This document shows positions 57,706 to 59,022 of a stretch of DNA of 59,022 nucleotides, piece after piece (within the stretch, counting starts at the first letter, position 1; each line of letters starts with the position of its first letter). A program made the position numbers and the translations under genes. Source of the DNA: a virus (taxonomy: Duplodnaviria > Caudoviricetes). The notes beneath the pieces are model-generated. The model did no database searches, was not told the origin of the DNA, and saw nothing but the letters and a program-made list of their open reading frames with translations. The stretch spans positions 1-59,022 of the IMG/VR virus record IMGVR_UViG_3300021425_000040; one strand, written 5' to 3'.

Positions 57706-58113
57706 TTATTTTTCACATACTCTTTTTCTTAGATCACTAGAACTAAATCGATGATCTCTTTTATTGAAATGTAGATCAATGCCTCTATTTCTACATTCAT
57801 CTTTTCCTGTAAAGTCTTTTTGTCTGTATTCCTCACCAAGTATTCTAACATCTATAGGATACATATTTAGTATATCTAAAAGATCAGCTTCTGTGCTATA
57901 TAAAAGAACTTCGTCTACATATTTTATAGCTGATAGCTGCACTTGTCTTTCTACTATGCTTTGTATAGGAGAATTTTTTTCTTTTCTATCCAGGCTAGGA
58001 TCTAATTGGAGACCTACTATTAAATAGTCACATTGAGATTTAGCTTCTCTCAACATCATTATATGCCCTGCATGTAACAAGTCAAATGTACTACATGTGA
58101 ATCCTATCTTCAT
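57706..58113 (-). CDS. tagD: Glycerol-3-phosphate cytidylyltransferase-like nucleotidyltransferase
   Basis: STFDLLHAGH (HxGH motif), KYVDEV, RDHRFSSSDLR. Confidence 0.8.
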   Translation of the reverse strand: MKIGFTCSTFDLLHAGHIMMLREAKSQCDYLIVGLQLDPSLDRKEKNSPIQSIVERQVQLSAIKYVDEVLLYSTEADLLDILNMYPIDVRILGEEYRQKDFTGKDECRNRGIDLHFNKRDHRFSSSDLRKRVCEK

Positions 58114-58334
58114 TCCTCTAATCTTTCTATTTCATAATACTCCATAACTTCATTAGTTTGGCTTTTAATAATGAGTTCTGCCTCCTCATCAGAAGAGGCA
58201 GAAAAGTATAGTATTTTACCGATTCTAGTATCTAAAACTGAAGTAAAACCTATAGATTGTAAAGCATGAGTTACTGCATTACCAGCATTGTCTAGTATGC
58301 TTTTATGTAGCAATATGTGTGCTTTATATTTCAT
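58110..58334 (-). CDS. purS: Phosphoribosylformylglycinamidine synthase subunit PurS
   Basis: ILD.AG.AV..AL..IGF..V...RIGK...N.VME.YEI pattern; 74 aa. Confidence 0.75.
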   Translation of the reverse strand: MKYKAHILLHKSILDNAGNAVTHALQSIGFTSVLDTRIGKILYFSASSDEEAELIIKSQTNEVMEYYEIERLEE

Positions 58335-59022
58335 TTATTGCGGATTAATAACATAATGGATCAATAATACTAATGCAACCGAGGCACCAAGCCCTACCAT
58401 CATCTTACCAAAATCTTTAGCAACTAATGGAAAGACTGATTTGGTTTTCTTCTTACCAAAGTATGTAGCCATTGCCAGTTCACGACCTGCTAGAAGCCCA
58501 ACAAAGACCCAAGTTGTACTCATAGGAATATCATTGAGTTCTTTGAAGAAGTACAAGCATAGCCAGTAGAACAAATCAATCAGTGTCGCCGATCGTACGT
58601 ATCGAGTGTTATGCTTTTCCAAAACGATCTTTTGGATTTTACCGCCTTTTTCTCTAAACATAAAAAACAAGCCGGCAATAAACACAATACTGATAAACAC
58701 CATTAGGTCTATAGGAATTGCACGTGGTAAGAATACTGCAATGTTAGCAATATCATGCGATAGCCAAGTAAACCATAATCCACCGGTCGCAACCCATTGG
58801 GCTATACGCCAAAACTTTTTATTATTTTCAGATACTGGTTGAGTTTCGTCGTACCATTTACCAAAATACTTATGGATAGCAAACCACACAGCATAAGCAA
58901 ATGCTGCAGCAACACCATAGCCCATAATTGATTTCATTAGCATCTTCTCTAATACAAAGGTGCTAGCAAATACTGATAAGACTAAAAATGATGTTGAAAC
59001 CGGAACACCCATTCGTGTTAAT
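58335..59022 (-). CDS. Multi-pass membrane protein, PiT/Pho4-related transporter (5'-truncated by the window edge)
   Basis: Repeated GVPVSTS and IPMSTTWVFVG motifs, and HDIAN, resemble PiT signature segments. Confidence 0.55.
   Translation of the reverse strand, partial: LTRMGVPVSTSFLVLSVFASTFVLEKMLMKSIMGYGVAAAFAYAVWFAIHKYFGKWYDETQPVSENNKKFWRIAQWVATGGLWFTWLSHDIANIAVFLPRAIPIDLMVFISIVFIAGLFFMFREKGGKIQKIVLEKHNTRYVRSATLIDLFYWLCLYFFKELNDIPMSTTWVFVGLLAGRELAMATYFGKKKTKSVFPLVAKDFGKMMVGLGASVALVLLIHYVINPQ

Noticed and set aside
1403-58842. Short opposite-strand ORFs in the track (for example 1403, 2381, 9378, 14114, 14208, 16461, 18501, 36489, 43367, 48643, 58606)
   Set aside because: They are shadows of well-supported genes on the other strand or frame, with no SD or recognisable motifs.
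1-59022. tRNA genes (common in T5-like phages)
   Set aside because: I found no T-arm GGTTCGAATCC-like motif with a cloverleaf on either strand by eye. tRNAscan-SE would be decisive.
1-59022. Stop-codon reassignment suggested by abundant TAG/CTA
   Set aside because: Long ORFs are intact under the standard code and TAA, TAG and TGA all end genes normally. The motif reflects codon usage on the minus strand.

Overview
This window is part of a large lytic phage genome with a T5-like (Demerecviridae-type) backbone, most likely marine and infecting an alphaproteobacterium (host assignment is inference). Layout from left to right: (1) 1-13.97 kb, minus strand: late genes, namely four fibre/adhesin-type structural genes, a collar/adaptor protein, a T5-type small terminase, a T5 p142-type tail terminator and, unusually, a class 3 lipase. 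(2) About 14.1-21.2 kb: a mostly plus-strand island that looks like the pre-early / first-step-transfer (terminal repeat) region. It encodes a T5 Dmp-like nucleotidase, three T5 A2-like DNA-binding paralogues, HNH and DEDDh nucleases and a nucleoside deoxyribosyltransferase-like protein, but no recognisable A1. It is built as an array of seven repeated elements, each with two inverted IHF-consensus boxes around a 22-23 bp GC-rich core and a sigma70 -35 at a fixed 31-32 bp offset. This array is the most striking feature. (3) 21.2-29.2 kb: a non-coding junction followed by many small minus-strand early genes, including a GrpE-like protein. (4) 29.3-55.3 kb: gmd plus a 24 kb island of modular fibre/receptor-binding genes with shared anchor modules, and a collapsed fibre-gene remnant. 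(5) 55.3-59 kb: GH19 endolysin, SprT-like protease, cytidylyltransferase, purS and a truncated PiT-like membrane protein. I saw no tRNA, CRISPR array, integrase or reverse transcriptase. All family assignments come from motif recognition by eye, not from database searches.
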